A stretch of 64,000 bases of DNA from Eledone cirrhosa (taxonomy: Eukaryota). The notes under the pieces are model-generated. The model made no database searches. It was not told the DNA's origin and was given only the letters and a program-made list of their open reading frames with translations. Both the position numbers and the translations under genes were made by a program. The stretch is from positions 177,754,001 to 177,818,000 of the forward strand of contig OZ024743.1 in the NCBI GenBank assembly GCA_964016885.1, read 5' to 3'. Shown one piece after another: positions 25,481 through 38,311 of the stretch (position 1 is its first letter; each line of letters opens with the position of its first letter).

Positions 25481-25887
25481 CATTAATAAAGATGCTTATT
25501 TTATCCATTGTAATTATTTCAACGGTTCTCCCATGCAATCAAGATGTAATTCATGCATTTATGTTGTTATGAGAACGGTATCCTCAGAGGAAAGTCGATT
25601 ATGTGATATGCTGCCGGCAGGAAAAAAAGCACACGTCCCTCTGCTCGTGCGTCCAGCAGACATATGAGTTCCTGAAAGGGTCTCCCAGCCGTCGTGTTTA
25701 CTGGAGTAAAGTGCACTTTATTCCAGTAAACACGACGGCAGTACATCACAAAATCGAATTTCATCCGAGGATACCGTTCTCATAACAGCAACAAACGCAT
25801 GAATTACATCTTGATTGCATGGGAGAACTGTTGAAATAATTATAATGAATAAACGATTGATATAACATCAGCATCTTTATTAATGTT
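25479..25887. mobile_element. Foldback/MITE with long imperfect terminal inverted repeats
   Basis: Ends AACATTAATAAAGATGCT / AGCATCTTTATTAATGTT, with complementarity extending ~130 bp. Internal palindrome at 25688-25739. Confidence 0.8.
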
Positions 25888-25888
25888 G

Positions 25889-26615
25889 CTCACAGAAAAA
25901 CCACCTTTCAAGTGGTTTTCTGCTAGCATGTGTAGTGTGTATATTGATATTATACGCAAGTATATATACATGCAGATATGATACATGAAATAAAATCGTA
26001 ATTGACAATATAAACAGAAATTGAACGAAGACGTTGTTACACTGTCTTATGTAATCAGTAACGTAATCCATGATACATTAAAAAAAGACGATATTATATA
26101 TAAACTGCATTAGGAGAAAATTAGTGACAGAAAATTAGTATTTTTATTTAAGTGATCGCCACCGGAAGTGTTGACATCACACACTCTCTCTTTCTCTATA
26201 TATGGTAGTTGAAGTGGTGGTGATGGCAACGATATACTTTGAAAAGAAGTCAATTTTAAATTATTTATTTTTACGAATTTAATTTTGTTTACGAAATTTA
26301 GTAGATAAATTATGTATTTATTCATGACTTATTCAAGGTGGATTGGCAGTATCGGTAGAGGGTTGGAAACCATGCTTTGCAGCAAAGTGTTACAGCCCTT
26401 TATGGTCTGAGTTCATATCCTGCCGAGGTTAACTTTGCATTTCATCCTTACAGGGTCGATAAAATAAAGTACCAGTAATACACTGGGATAATTGCTGGCT
26501 TTGTGCCAAAAGTAGAAACAATTATTTATTCAAAGTAATCCAACTTATTTTACTAACGGGATGAATAAAATAAACCGTACGCAGTCCCGTAGACCTTCCT
26601 TTATTATAGTTTAGA
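25889..26615 (-). mobile_element. Non-autonomous Helitron carrying a SINE (copy 1)
   Basis: Minus-strand A|TCTAAACTATAATAAAG start at 26615, degenerate 3' hairpin. Colinear with 32831-33562, including the internal SINE. Confidence 0.7.
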
Positions 26616-27383
26616 TTATTATACTGAATCTCTATCCCAACTACAAATAACGAATGGTGAGAGCTTTCTCCTGCTTGCTCCTGTTTTTACCAAACTATAT
26701 CTTCGGAACATGTATATATATATGATATGATATTGTGGAAATTAACTTACAGGAGACGCAGTAGAGGAAGACCTATTAGAACATTGATCGTTCAATTTCC
26801 AGACAATACAAACCTCAATAAAGTACAGTTGCCAGGGACCATTGTAAATTGTGGAAATACTTTATCAGGAATATTCGACTGGCATCACGATGATGATGAT
26901 GAATATCGAAATGGAAATGATGACAGATAGAGAGGAGTTTTTCGGGTGGATCTGGGTGGTAATATTAAACTAGAGAGTTCACCTGCGGTGGTTTTGCTAT
27001 AATAGCAAGAGAAGAGAAGAATGTGAACAATGAGAACATCTATTGGGGCTAGGGGCTAGGTGCCTGGTAAATATTTAGCGAATTACTTTCTTGTGCATAT
27101 GATCTTGGACGTTTGAGTGTTGAATTACAGCATCTACCCTGATGTGCAACAAATAGCCCTCAATATAAAAAAAAAACAATTTATCTTTTTCATGTAAAGC
27201 TGGAAATATATATGTTAGTCCGTGAAAAAATGTGTGAAACGGAACAGTTTTATAAAATATAGTACGTGAAGTAGTACGTGGTATCCATGTTTATGAAGAA
27301 AAGTGTTTTGTCGGCGTAGACTAACTGTATTTGTGTTTTCAAGATGATTAGGTTGTCATGTTCTATTGAGAAGCTTAGCAAGG

Positions 27384-27502
<119 letters not shown>

Positions 27503-28486
27503 AGAAAGTGAGAGAGTAAGAAAGGTCGAAATTTATAATGGCGTCCTGAAAAGAAATGTCAACTGACAGATAAACAATTGAGAATAATGTAAAAGGAAAA
27601 AGAAGAAATTGAGATTGAAATGAATTTCTCACAATATGAAATGTATACATACCTATTTCTAGTGAACTTTGCGTGACAACTGCAAAAGAAAAGAAAACGT
27701 TGATACTTTCGAATCATACCAAAATATTGGTCATACAAAATTAAAAGCAAACTCAATAATTTAGATAAAACGACCGCCATACGGTAATAATAATAATGAT
27801 GGTCTCTTATTTAGGCAGACGGCCAGCAATTTTGGAGGAGAGGAAAGTCGATTAAATCGACCCAAGTGCATTACTGGTACTTTATTTTATCGACCCTGTA
27901 AGGATGAAAGGCAAAGTTAACTTCGGCGGGATTTGAACTCGGATCATAAAGGGACGTAACTCTATGCTGCGAAGCATGGTGTCCGACCTTCTACGGATAC
28001 TGCCAATCCACCGCCCATGTAATAATAATAATAATAACAACAACAACAACTACAACAACAATAACAATATCAATAACAATAATAATAAATATAATAATAA
28101 TAATAAAAACAAAAACAAAAAAAAAAAAAACAAAAAAAAAAAAACAAAAACAAAAAAAGAAACCCCCAAAACGTAAAGAAAATAAGAATGAAGAGAGAGG
28201 CAGGCGGACGGACAGAGAAGAGGGGGGAAAAAGTAAAACTTAAAAAACAAAAACTAAGTCAGACATTCGAATACTACATTACAATGAAACTTATGCTTAT
28301 TCATTTTTGGGGCCCTTTCTGCCCGTGTGTTTGTTTGTTTATGTGTGTCCGTATACAGCGTGGTGATAATGCCACACAAGGGCCAAGTGGGATGGCGGAT
28401 CCACAGATGGCTATGTAAACATACATTCGCCAATCCTCGATAAGAGTGTTTAAATATCGAACATAAACAGTTCGAATAACGGTGAA

Positions 28487-31400
28487 ATGGAGACTAGAAC
28501 GTCATGTGACAGACTCTCACCCAACAGGTGCCCCCTGGCTCAGCAGCAGGAACCTGACTGTCAACGAAATACTGCTGATGTTGGAGGAAGAAGAAGAAGG
28601 AAAGGGGCCAGAACCAACTGGACGAAAGAATTGAATAGAACTGTTATGCAATGCTACCTGAAAAGTAACCCCAAGGAGAGGGGCTACAGGAGACGGATGC
28701 ATAACATCTGGAACGAGATCGGTTTATTTAAATTAGATGAACAAAAATTGGCCGGGCAGGCTCGGGTAATAAGAACTAATGGGTGGATAAGCGAGCTGGA
28801 ACTGGAGGAACTGAGCAGAGAGAATGGCTTGGAGATGGCGGGTGTAGTATGCCAGACAAGCGAGCCGGCGGGAAATGAAGGTGAGGAGGTCCTGAGAGCG
28901 GAGGAACCACCCGAAGCAGACAATGATCTGAATACTGAGATAAATAATACCTGGAACAGAGATACGGCCACTGAGGAGATGAATGCTGACGGGCTAGGAC
29001 AAGATTCGGTTGACATCCTAAATTTAGTGGTAGATGAGTTGAACAATGATAGTGGGAGACCTATGAACCTAAGATTTGTAGACAGGAAAAAGTTAAAAGA
29101 AACAACAGCTAAGGTAAACAAAGTCATCCCATACCTTGAGGCGAGGAGTCTTCACCAGTGCAACAATATCCTCAAAGCAACAGCAAATACGGTGAGGAAA
29201 CTACTTGGTATAAAAGCGAGAGGAAACAACAGACAAGAAAGAGCAGAGCCGTGGTGGAAGAAGCGACTGAGTGGGCAAATCGGGGAAATGAGAAATGACA
29301 TAGGAAAGCTTGAGTCACTACTGAATGGGACACTAAAAAACATAGGCACTAAAAATAGACTGGAAATAAAATACAAAACTAGGAGTAAAAAGCTAAATAT
29401 TATCATAGAGGAATTGAAGCAACGCATTGTAGCAAAGAGTGCCAAAATCAGGCGATACGAGAACAGAGTCAGTCAGTATAAACAGAACCGCATGTTCGAC
29501 AACAACCAGAAGATGCTGTTTGGACAGCTTGAGGGGAAAGAAAGAGGCACCGACTTGATCCCTGGGGCGGAACAAGCTAAAACATTCTGGAGAGGAATAT
29601 GGGAGCAGGATGTTAGACACAATGCCCAGGCAGGGTGGATTGAGACAGTACAGAGGGAGATCGGTGAGCAGGCACAGCAACAGACTGATTTGAGTATCAC
29701 AGTTGAAACTCTTAAGGGGCAAGCCAAAAAACTAACCAACTGGAAATCACCAGGCCCAGATGGTGTGCAGGGGTATTGGATTAAACATTTAACATCCCTC
29801 CACCCGAAGCTGACGGCCATGTTCAATGACTGCTTGGTGTCGGGTGAGGTGCCAGAGTGGTTGACAAAAGGTACCACAGTTCTGATAATGAAAGACCGAA
29901 TCAAGGGTAATGATGTTACCAACTATAGACCTATCACATGTCTGCCCGTAATGTGGAAACTGTTGACGAGCATTGTGTCTGAGGAAATCTACCATCACCT
30001 CCACACAAACAACTTGTTGCCGGACGAACAGAAAGGATGCCGAAAGAAGTCACGTGGTACAAAGGACCAGTTGCTTATTGATAAGATGGTAATGGGGAAT
30101 TGCAGGAGGAGACACACTGATCTTGCCATGGGATGGATAGACTACAGAAAGGCATTTGACATGGTGCCTCATTCCTGGATCACCAAAAGCCTGGAGATCT
30201 TCAGGGTGGCAGATAACATCAGAGAGTTGCTGGGCAGGAGTATGGGGTCCTGGGAGACAGAGTTGACATCAACTGGAGTATCCTTGGGAAGCGTGAAGAT
30301 CAAGAGAGGTATCTTCCAGGGAGATAGCCTGTCCCCTCTGTTGTTTGTCCTTGCCCTGATGCCCTTGACCATTATGCTGCGAAAAGTGAGAGCAGGATAC
30401 AAGTTGGGAAGGGGAGAGCTTACCATCAATCACCTCCTCTTCATGGACGATCTTAAGCTCTTCGGGAAAAGTGAGAAGGAGTTGGATGTGCTTGTTGACA
30501 CTGTCCGTATTTTCAGCAGTGATATATGTATGCAGTTTGGTATTGGTAAATGTGGAGTCATTGTGATGAGGAGGGGTAGGTTGAGCAGAAGTAACGGGAT
30601 CCAGATACCAACAGGTGAGATGATAAAGGAAATTGACTCTGAGGAAGGATACAAGTATTTGGGCGTTCTGGAGGCTGATGGCATAAAGAACAAAAAAATG
30701 AAGGAATTGTTAAGAACTGAATACATTCGGAGAGTAAGGAGCGTATTGAAGTCACATCTGAACAGCAGAAATGCCATAAGCGCAGTAAATTCCCGAGCTG
30801 TGTCTATTATTAGGTACAGTGCGGGAATTCTGAGATGGAATGTTGCTGAACAAAAAGAAATGGATAGGAAGACTAGGAAGCTATTGACTATCTACAACAT
30901 GTTCCACAAGAGGAGTGATGTCGATAGACTCTACCTAAGGAGATCTGAGGGTGGAAGAGGTCTTATCAGCATAGAGGACTGTGTTCAGATGGAGAAAAAC
31001 AACCTATACAAATACGTGACCTATAGTAAGGAGCCAATGCTCAGAGCTGTACTGAAGGAGGGGAGAGTAGGCCAGGGGATACCCAAGGAGGAAATAACAT
31101 CAAGGAGGAAGAGCAGCCTTAAGGGAAAATCCCTTCATAGTACCTTCTTTGAGAAAACTGAATTTAGAGATCCACAGACATGGAACTGGTTGAGAAGAGG
31201 AGACCTCAAAAAGGCTACAGAAGGAATGCTAATGGCTGCGCAGGAGCAGGCCCTCAAAACGAAGTGGTTGAAGCACCATATCTACAAGGAGGAGGCTAGC
31301 CCACTGTGCAGGATCTGTGGAGAGAGAGAGGAGACTGTGGCTCACATTGTGTCCGAGTGTAAACACCTAGCCCAGACCCACTATAAGGGCTGGAGACACG

Positions 31401-31879
31401 ATGTGATGGGCAGGGTGATCCACTGGCACCTGTGCAAAGTAAACAATCTACCACATTCTGAGAAATGGTATGAGCATAGGCCAGAGGCGGTGATGGAGAA
31501 CAGTCAGGTGAAGGTGCTGTGGGATTTTAGGATACAGACGGACAAAAAACTGGAACACAATAGACCTGACCTGGTGGTTGTGGACAAAGAAAAAAGATCG
31601 TGCCTGATTGTGGATGTGGCCTGCCCGTTCGACACGAGAGTGCAAGAGAAGGAGAGGGAGAAAATTAACCGATACCAGGACCTAAAGTGGGAGGTGAAAA
31701 GGATTTGGAACTGCCATGAAGTCAAAGTGATCCCGATTGTCATAGGCGCACTGGGGACTATCTCCAAAGGTTTCCAGGGATGGTTAAAGAAAATCGGCCC
31801 CTTCACGCTTTTTGGAACGCTTCAAAAGGCATGCTTGCTTGGAACGGCAAGAACCCTCCGATACGTCCTGAATATCTGA
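28487..31879 (+). CDS. Intact R4/Dong-clade non-LTR retrotransposon protein (RT, CCHC zinc knuckle, restriction-like endonuclease)
   Basis: 1130-aa uninterrupted ORF with NYRPITCL, IDYRKAFDMVPH, GIFQGDSLSP, LLFMDD, CRICGEREETVAHIVSEC, RHD, RPDLVVVD...IVDVACP and KINRY. Flanked by (AAT)n-rich tracts at 28020-28105 and 31954-31990. Confidence 0.95.
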   Translation: METRTSCDRLSPNRCPLAQQQEPDCQRNTADVGGRRRRKGARTNWTKELNRTVMQCYLKSNPKERGYRRRMHNIWNEIGLFKLDEQKLAGQARVIRTNGWISELELEELSRENGLEMAGVVCQTSEPAGNEGEEVLRAEEPPEADNDLNTEINNTWNRDTATEEMNADGLGQDSVDILNLVVDELNNDSGRPMNLRFVDRKKLKETTAKVNKVIPYLEARSLHQCNNILKATANTVRKLLGIKARGNNRQERAEPWWKKRLSGQIGEMRNDIGKLESLLNGTLKNIGTKNRLEIKYKTRSKKLNIIIEELKQRIVAKSAKIRRYENRVSQYKQNRMFDNNQKMLFGQLEGKERGTDLIPGAEQAKTFWRGIWEQDVRHNAQAGWIETVQREIGEQAQQQTDLSITVETLKGQAKKLTNWKSPGPDGVQGYWIKHLTSLHPKLTAMFNDCLVSGEVPEWLTKGTTVLIMKDRIKGNDVTNYRPITCLPVMWKLLTSIVSEEIYHHLHTNNLLPDEQKGCRKKSRGTKDQLLIDKMVMGNCRRRHTDLAMGWIDYRKAFDMVPHSWITKSLEIFRVADNIRELLGRSMGSWETELTSTGVSLGSVKIKRGIFQGDSLSPLLFVLALMPLTIMLRKVRAGYKLGRGELTINHLLFMDDLKLFGKSEKELDVLVDTVRIFSSDICMQFGIGKCGVIVMRRGRLSRSNGIQIPTGEMIKEIDSEEGYKYLGVLEADGIKNKKMKELLRTEYIRRVRSVLKSHLNSRNAISAVNSRAVSIIRYSAGILRWNVAEQKEMDRKTRKLLTIYNMFHKRSDVDRLYLRRSEGGRGLISIEDCVQMEKNNLYKYVTYSKEPMLRAVLKEGRVGQGIPKEEITSRRKSSLKGKSLHSTFFEKTEFRDPQTWNWLRRGDLKKATEGMLMAAQEQALKTKWLKHHIYKEEASPLCRICGEREETVAHIVSECKHLAQTHYKGWRHDVMGRVIHWHLCKVNNLPHSEKWYEHRPEAVMENSQVKVLWDFRIQTDKKLEHNRPDLVVVDKEKRSCLIVDVACPFDTRVQEKEREKINRYQDLKWEVKRIWNCHEVKVIPIVIGALGTISKGFQGWLKKIGPFTLFGTLQKACLLGTARTLRYVLNI

Positions 31880-31989
31880 GGCTGCAGGTAGTGGCTTGAT
31901 ATTCAATCCAACGGACTTTCCAGTTAACCAACATCAATGACTGAGATTCAAGGAATAACAATAACAATAATAATAGTAATAATAATAAT

Positions 31990-32330
31990 AAGAATCTTTT
32001 CAATGTGATAGAAGGATTGAGGCAAGAAAGCCAGACATTTAAGTTGTGAACAAATTATCGATATATCTGTCCCAGGAGACAGTAGTGTGAAGGATAAAGA
32101 ACATGGAAAGATGTAGAAGTATGAGTCACTGATGGAGAAAGTTGGGATGTTGTGGGGGATGAGGAAATGTTTACTTGATTCCGGTGGTGATCGGAGCAGT
32201 GCGATGTAAATCGGAAAGTTTTGAGGATTGTGTAAATAGAATCGGAATTGACTCAATGATACAGGACATGCAGATGACTACACTTCTTCGTACAGCAATA
32301 CTTTTAATGAAAGTCTTGTCTATGTAAGGC
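31990..32330 (+). pseudogene. Degenerate 3' fragment of another R4-type RLE domain
   Basis: Manual reading gives IIDISVPGDSSVKDKEHGK..KYESL...LIPVVIGA, homologous to the RLE end of the adjacent intact element. Confidence 0.55.
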
Positions 32331-32830
32331 ACCGGGTAGAAATCAGTGAAAGGCCTTTGTCAACTTGTGGTTGATTGCTCCCTAACTGAAACAACCAGGT
32401 CATTTAACATCTAAGTGTTTCAGATTTACAAAAATGAACCATAATAACAATAAAGACGGTAGATTGGCAGTATCGGCGGTACCGGATCGATAAAATAAAG
32501 TACCAGTAATGCACTGGCTAATTGCTGGCCTTGTGCCAAAAGAAGAAACAATTATTATTATTTTTTGAGAGGGAGGGGAGTCTATTTTGCCGATCTCGGT
32601 AAAATAGACCACTATTTTGCCAGTGAGAGCATCATACACCATGCTTTGCAGCATAAAGTTGTGGCCCTTTACGGTCTGAGTTCAAATCCCGCCGTGATTA
32701 GCCCTGCCTTTCATCCATACGGGGTCGATAAAATAATGTACCAGTAACGCACTGGGGTCAATTTAATCGACATTCCCCACCCTTAAAATTGATGGTCTTG
32801 TGCCTAAATCAGAAACAATTATTATTATTA

Positions 32831-33562
32831 CTAGCAGAAAAACCACTCTTAGGGTGGTTTTCTGCTAGCATGTGTAATGTGTATATTGATATTATACGCA
32901 AGTATATATACATGTAGATATGATACGTGTGTAATGTGTATATTGATATTATACGCAAGTATATATACATGTAGATATGATACATCAAATAAAATCGTAA
33001 TTGACAATATACACAGAAATCGAACGAAATTGCGTTACACTGTCTTATGTAATCAGTAACGTAATCCATGATACATTAAAAAAAGACGATATTATATATG
33101 ATCTACATTAGGGGAAAATTAGTGACGGAAATATATGAATGTTTATTTAAGCGATTGCTAACCGGAAGTGTTGACATTTGAAAGTTTTAAAGAAGTGAAT
33201 CTTAAAAAATAAGCAACAAAATTATTTCTATTTAATCAAGAATAACGAAATTTAGTAGATGAATTATGTAATATTCATTCATTATTTATTGATTGGCAGT
33301 ATCGGTAGAGGGTCGGACGCCATGCTTTCCAGCGTAGTTACGTCCCTTTACGATCTTAGTTCAAATCCCGCCGAGGTTGACTTTGCCTTTCATCCTTACG
33401 GGGTCGATAAAATAAAGTACCAGTAATGCACTGGCTAATTGCTGGCCTTGTGTCTAAAGTAGAAACAATTATTTATTGAAAGTAATCTAACTTATTTTGA
33501 AACAGGATAAAATAATATAGTCTGGACGCAGTCCCGCACTCCTTACTTTATTGTAGTTTAGA
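32831..33562 (-). mobile_element. Non-autonomous Helitron carrying a SINE (copy 2)
   Basis: Minus-strand 5' TCTAAACTACAATAAAG at 33562. The 3' end is a hairpin ending TTTTCTGCTAG|T at 32831. Confidence 0.75.
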
Positions 33563-33899
33563 CTAGCAGAATGGCCGGGCGTTGCTGGGGATTTGCTCTA
33601 GGGTTCTTATATATTTGATATATATTTATCCTTATCGAGCCTCGTGAAATAAATACGTTTGTTTATATTTTGTTATTGTGTATGCAAAAATATCTGTACA
33701 CGAATATATATAATTATATATACACATAACAGTACAGAGAAGTGCGGAATATCTCGGCCTCGGGATGGTGTCTACATTTTGTGCTTATAAAATAAAATCG
33801 TCGTAGATTAGCAGGGTTTTTTCCGTGCGAAATAAATAATTTTGTTTATATTTTGCTATTGTGTATACAAAATATCTGTACACGAATATATAATTATGT

Positions 33900-33900
<1 letters not shown>
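33563..33900 (-). mobile_element. Non-autonomous Helitron 3' part
   Basis: Minus strand ends CCCCAGCAACGCCCGGCCATTCTGCTAG (GC-rich subterminal motif plus CTAG), resembling the 3' end at 38740-38768. Confidence 0.65.
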
Positions 33901-33930
<30 letters not shown>

Positions 33931-34189
33931 TATATATATAAGCGAGGATGTGTGTGTGTCTGTGGACAACTTTGGACACCTAAGGCTTTTACAAATGTAA
34001 AACCGAATTTGACCAAATTTACGTTGCATCTGTCGCTAAGATGCTCACATCACAAAATTTTTCAAATCGAACCACGTTGAGTGATAAAAAATCGATAGCA
34101 AAATTATCTATATATATAAAAGCGAGGATGTATGTGTACAGAGTATGAAAGACTACGGCGGTCAGAATCAGTGGTAGAGGAAACACTGA

Positions 34190-34900
34190 GATAGTGAGAG
34201 AGCGAGCCAGAAAGAGAGAGAGAAAAGATATGGTAGAGAGGGAGAGGGGGAGATATAGTACAGACGGAGAGAGATGAGATATGTTACACAGAGAGAGAGG
34301 AGATATGGTACAGGGAGAGAGAAGATGTGGTACAGAGGGAGAGAGAGAGAGGAGATATGGTATAAAATGAGAGAGAGGAGATATGGTATAAAGTGAGAGA
34401 GAGGAGATATGGTATAAAGAGAGTGAGAGAGGGGAGATATAGTACAGAGAGACAGAGGGAGAAAGAGGAGATATGGTACAAAGAGATAGAGAGGGAGAGG
34501 TGTGAGATATGGTACAGAGAGAGAGAAAGGAGGAGTTATGATACAAAAAGAGAAAGAGCGAGAGAGTGTGAGAGAGCGCGAGAGCGAGAGAAGAGATATG
34601 GTATAAAAAGAGACAGAGAGGGAGATGAGATAAAAAGAGAGAGAAAGAGGGAGATATGATACAAAGAGAGAAAGAAAGAGAGGAGTGATACAAAAGAGTG
34701 AGAGTGGAAAACCATCATTAATAGAGGGGGGGGGCAGAGGAAATATAAAGAGAGGGAAAAAGAGACAGAGAGAGAGAGAGAGAGGGAGAACGAGAAAGAG
34801 AGGAGAAATGACACAAACAGAGAGAGATGGGGAAAATAAGATATAAAAAGAGAGAAAGAGAGAGAGAGAGAAAATAACAGAAAGAAAGAGACGGAGTCAG
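34190..34900. repeat. GA-rich minisatellite (GAGATATGGTACA-type units) inside the Helitron 5' region
   Basis: Repeated ~22-26-bp units read directly. Confidence 0.8.
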
Positions 34901-35174
34901 TAAGAGTGGCGGAAAGAGGTGGAAGAGACGTTGAAGGGGAGGAGAAAAAAGTAGAGGAGTGAGGAGTGAGGAGATGAAAAAATTATGGAAGCCAGTTAGG
35001 ACAAGTAATTGTGTATTGTATACAAATCTAAGATGGTCACATCACAAACATTTTTCAAATCGACCCACGTTGAGCAATAAAAAATCGATAGCAATAATAT
35101 AAACTTTATTGACAATGAAGGAACATACTGAACAGGATGTCTGATAGTATTGGACTGTTGTGCATCCTGCCTTC

Positions 35175-38100
35175 ACAGGACGTCCTCGGTTCTTTTTCGA
35201 AAAAATTCAAGATGCTTTAACTATTGTGCGCCTTTTCTGTAAACCAGATTTGTTTATACTTTCACTTAAAATCCAACATGGGAAGAGATTCAGAAAGAAC
35301 TCTTTCCAGGTCAAAATTCCACAGCCAGGCAGGATCTTATTGCCAGAGTTTTCAATCTTAAGTTAATTAAGCTCATGGAACTTATCAAAACAGGTGAAAT
35401 CTTTGGCCCACTACAATGTGACATGCTTACAATTGAGTGGCAAAAAACGAGGCTTGCCACATGCCCACATTCTGATCTGGTTAAAGACAAAACTTAGATC
35501 AGATGAAATTGACAATGTCATTTCTGCTGAGTTTCCTGATCCGGCAATCGACAGGGACCTTCACCAAAAAGTTAAAGCACACATGGTGCATGGCCTATGT
35601 GGACATGGATTTCACAACAACCTACCGTGTATTAAGGACAAGTCTAGGTGCTCAAAGAAATTTCCCCGACAGTTCATTAAGGACACTCAAACTGGTCATG
35701 ACGGATACCCACTATATCGCCGGAGAAGACCCGAAGATCGTGGATTCACAGCAAGGGTTGGCAAACATGAGGTTGACAACAGATGGGTTGTTCCATATAA
35801 TACACTCCTAAAGATTTTTGTAATTCGATTAAATCTATAAAATACATTTGTAAGTACATTAATAAAGGCTCTGATTCTGCTACGTTTGGATTACTTCGGG
35901 AAAACAGCCGAGATGAAGTGGCCCAGTACAAAACTGGAAGATAGATTAGCTCTAATGAAGCGTTCTGGCGGATTTTCGGATTTTTATACATCAACGGCAT
36001 TCTGCTGTTCAAAACCTCCAAGTGCACCTGGAGAACGGTCAGAGACTATATTTTACGAATGCATCAGCTGCTCAGTTAGCACAAGAACCAAAGGATACTA
36101 CACTTACCGCTTTCTTTAAACTATGTCAAGAAGATCCATTTGCTAAAACCTTACTATATCCACAAGTCCCATCTTACTATACCTGAGACAAAAATACATG
36201 GAAGCGAAGAAATACAGGACAGTATGTCCAAGGTTATCCGAGAATCAAGTCCAACGAGTACTTGGGCAGAGTTTATACTGTACCCCCAAACCAACACGAG
36301 TGCTTCCATCTTCGCATGCTACTGCATGAGGTCAGAGGACCTACCTGCTTTGATGATCCCCTAACGTTCGACGGACAAGTTCTTCCAACATACAGAAAGA
36401 CATGTTTGAGGCGTGGATTGCTGGTAGATGGTTCGCAGTGGGATGAAACGATGGCGAAAGCTGCTCTTTCCCATTCATCTGCAAGCCTAAGAAATTTATT
36501 TGCGGTACATTTGCACTCGTGCAACTTATCTGATCCTCTGTCCTTGTGGATGAAATATAGGGATGAACTAACAGACGACCACAGAAACCAAGCACAATTG
36601 CTGCTTCCAGAAATAGAGGTCGGCTTTAATAATGAATTATACAACAAAGCTCTCATTGATATTTGTGGACAAGTTAGCTCTGATTGGAGGAAAGGTTTTA
36701 CGTGACTACCGTTTACCAGAAACTCATCGCACCGACTCAAACGAACTTCCCACAGTTATCATACAGGAGACTTCTTATGACATCCATGATCTCGGCCTCT
36801 ATGTCATAGATAATGAGCCAAAACTTCTAGCTGATCAGCGACTGGTTTATACCACCATTACTGAATCGGTATTTCAAAGAAGAGATGGCATAATTTTCCT
36901 CGGTGCTCCAGGAGGGGACAGGAAAAACTTTCGTTACTAAGCTTCTTCTTGCAAAGGTTAGACAGAATAAGGACATAGCAATAGCAGTTGCGTCCTCTGG
37001 AATCGCAGCAACTTTGCTCCCTGGTGGAAGGACGGCACATTCAGTTTTTAAATTGTCCCTTGATTTGGAAAAATTGGAAACTCCTACATGTCATATCACC
37101 AAAGACTCCGAAAGGGCTCATCTGCTGCGAAGGTGTCACCTTATTGTTTGGGATGAGTGCACAATGGCGCACAAAGGTGCGCTTGAGGCACTAGACAGGT
37201 ATTTGCAAGACGTACGGGATTGCAGTGATGTTATGGGGGGGGGGGTCACTCTCTGCTATCGGGAGACTTCAGACAGACTCTTCCTATAATACCGAAAGGA
37301 ACAAGAGCAGAGAGCAGATGTGGTAAATACATATCTTAAGTCTTCACCATTGTGGCGACAAGTGACATCATTAAGACTAACTACCAACATGCGTGCAAGA
37401 TTGCATAGGGACCTTTCTGTCATCAACATTTTCTGGAAACATTCTTACAATCGGAGATGGTAACCTACCTCCGGATACAGATGCACACATAGCAATTGAT
37501 CACATCTGCAATGCCGTTGAAACTGTCGATGATCTCAAGGCGAGTGTATTCCCGAACTGTCTCTCTGTACCATATCTCCCCTCTCTCACTCTCTTTATAC
37601 CATATCTCCTCTCTCTCACTTTATACCATATCTCCTCTCTCTCTCTCCCTCTGTACCATATCTTATCTCTCCCTCTCTCCCTGTACCATATCTTGATTGG
37701 CTATACGAAAGAGCCATTCTTGCACCCAAAAATATCACGATTAGCTGTATTAACGATCAGTTTCTTCAGCTTCTTCCTGGATGTCCACGGGTATATAAAT
37801 CTATTGATACTGTATGTGATCCACAGGATTCGGTCAATTATCCAGTTGAATTTCTAAATTTTTTAAATCCTTCCGGTTTACCTCCTAATACATTGGTTCT
37901 GAAAGAGGAAACGTCAGTTATTTTGCTGAGAAATATCACTCCTCCAAAACTATGCAATAGTACACGTCTTGTGGTTAAAAAACTGTCTCCACTTAGTATT
38001 GACGCTACCATTCAATCCGGATGTGGAAAAGGCGAGGATGTGATAATAACAAAAATTATCCTGACTACATCAGGCGTGGATACTCACTTCTCCTTTCGCC

Positions 38101-38311
38101 GAACCCAATATCCCTTCGTGTTGCCTTTGCGTTGTCCATAAACAAGTCACAAGTTCAAACTCTATCCGTCGCTGGAATTCACTTGGATCAACCTTGCTTT
38201 TCGCACGGACAATTGTACGTTGCCTGCTCACGAGTTGGCAGTAGAGATAATCTCTTTGCGTTTGTTCCGAAAAGAAAAACAAAGAATATCGTCTATCCTG
38301 AAGTGCTTTAG
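35175..38311 (+). pseudogene. Helitron RepHel (HUH Rep plus PIF1 helicase), multiple frameshifts
   Basis: KPDLFI, KRGLPHAHILIWL (HUH), GYPLYRRR, VDNRWVVPYN, GAPGG/TGKTF, ASSGIAATLLPGGRTAHS, IVWDECTM, FALSINKSQ and FSHGQLYVACSRV. Confidence 0.93.

Noticed and set aside
28300-28486. HDV-like ribozyme in the Dong 5'UTR
   Set aside because: I could not fold a convincing double pseudoknot by eye. A covariance-model search is needed.
28684-31806. Antisense ORFs within the Dong ORF
   Set aside because: They are shadow frames of the long coding sequence and show no motifs.
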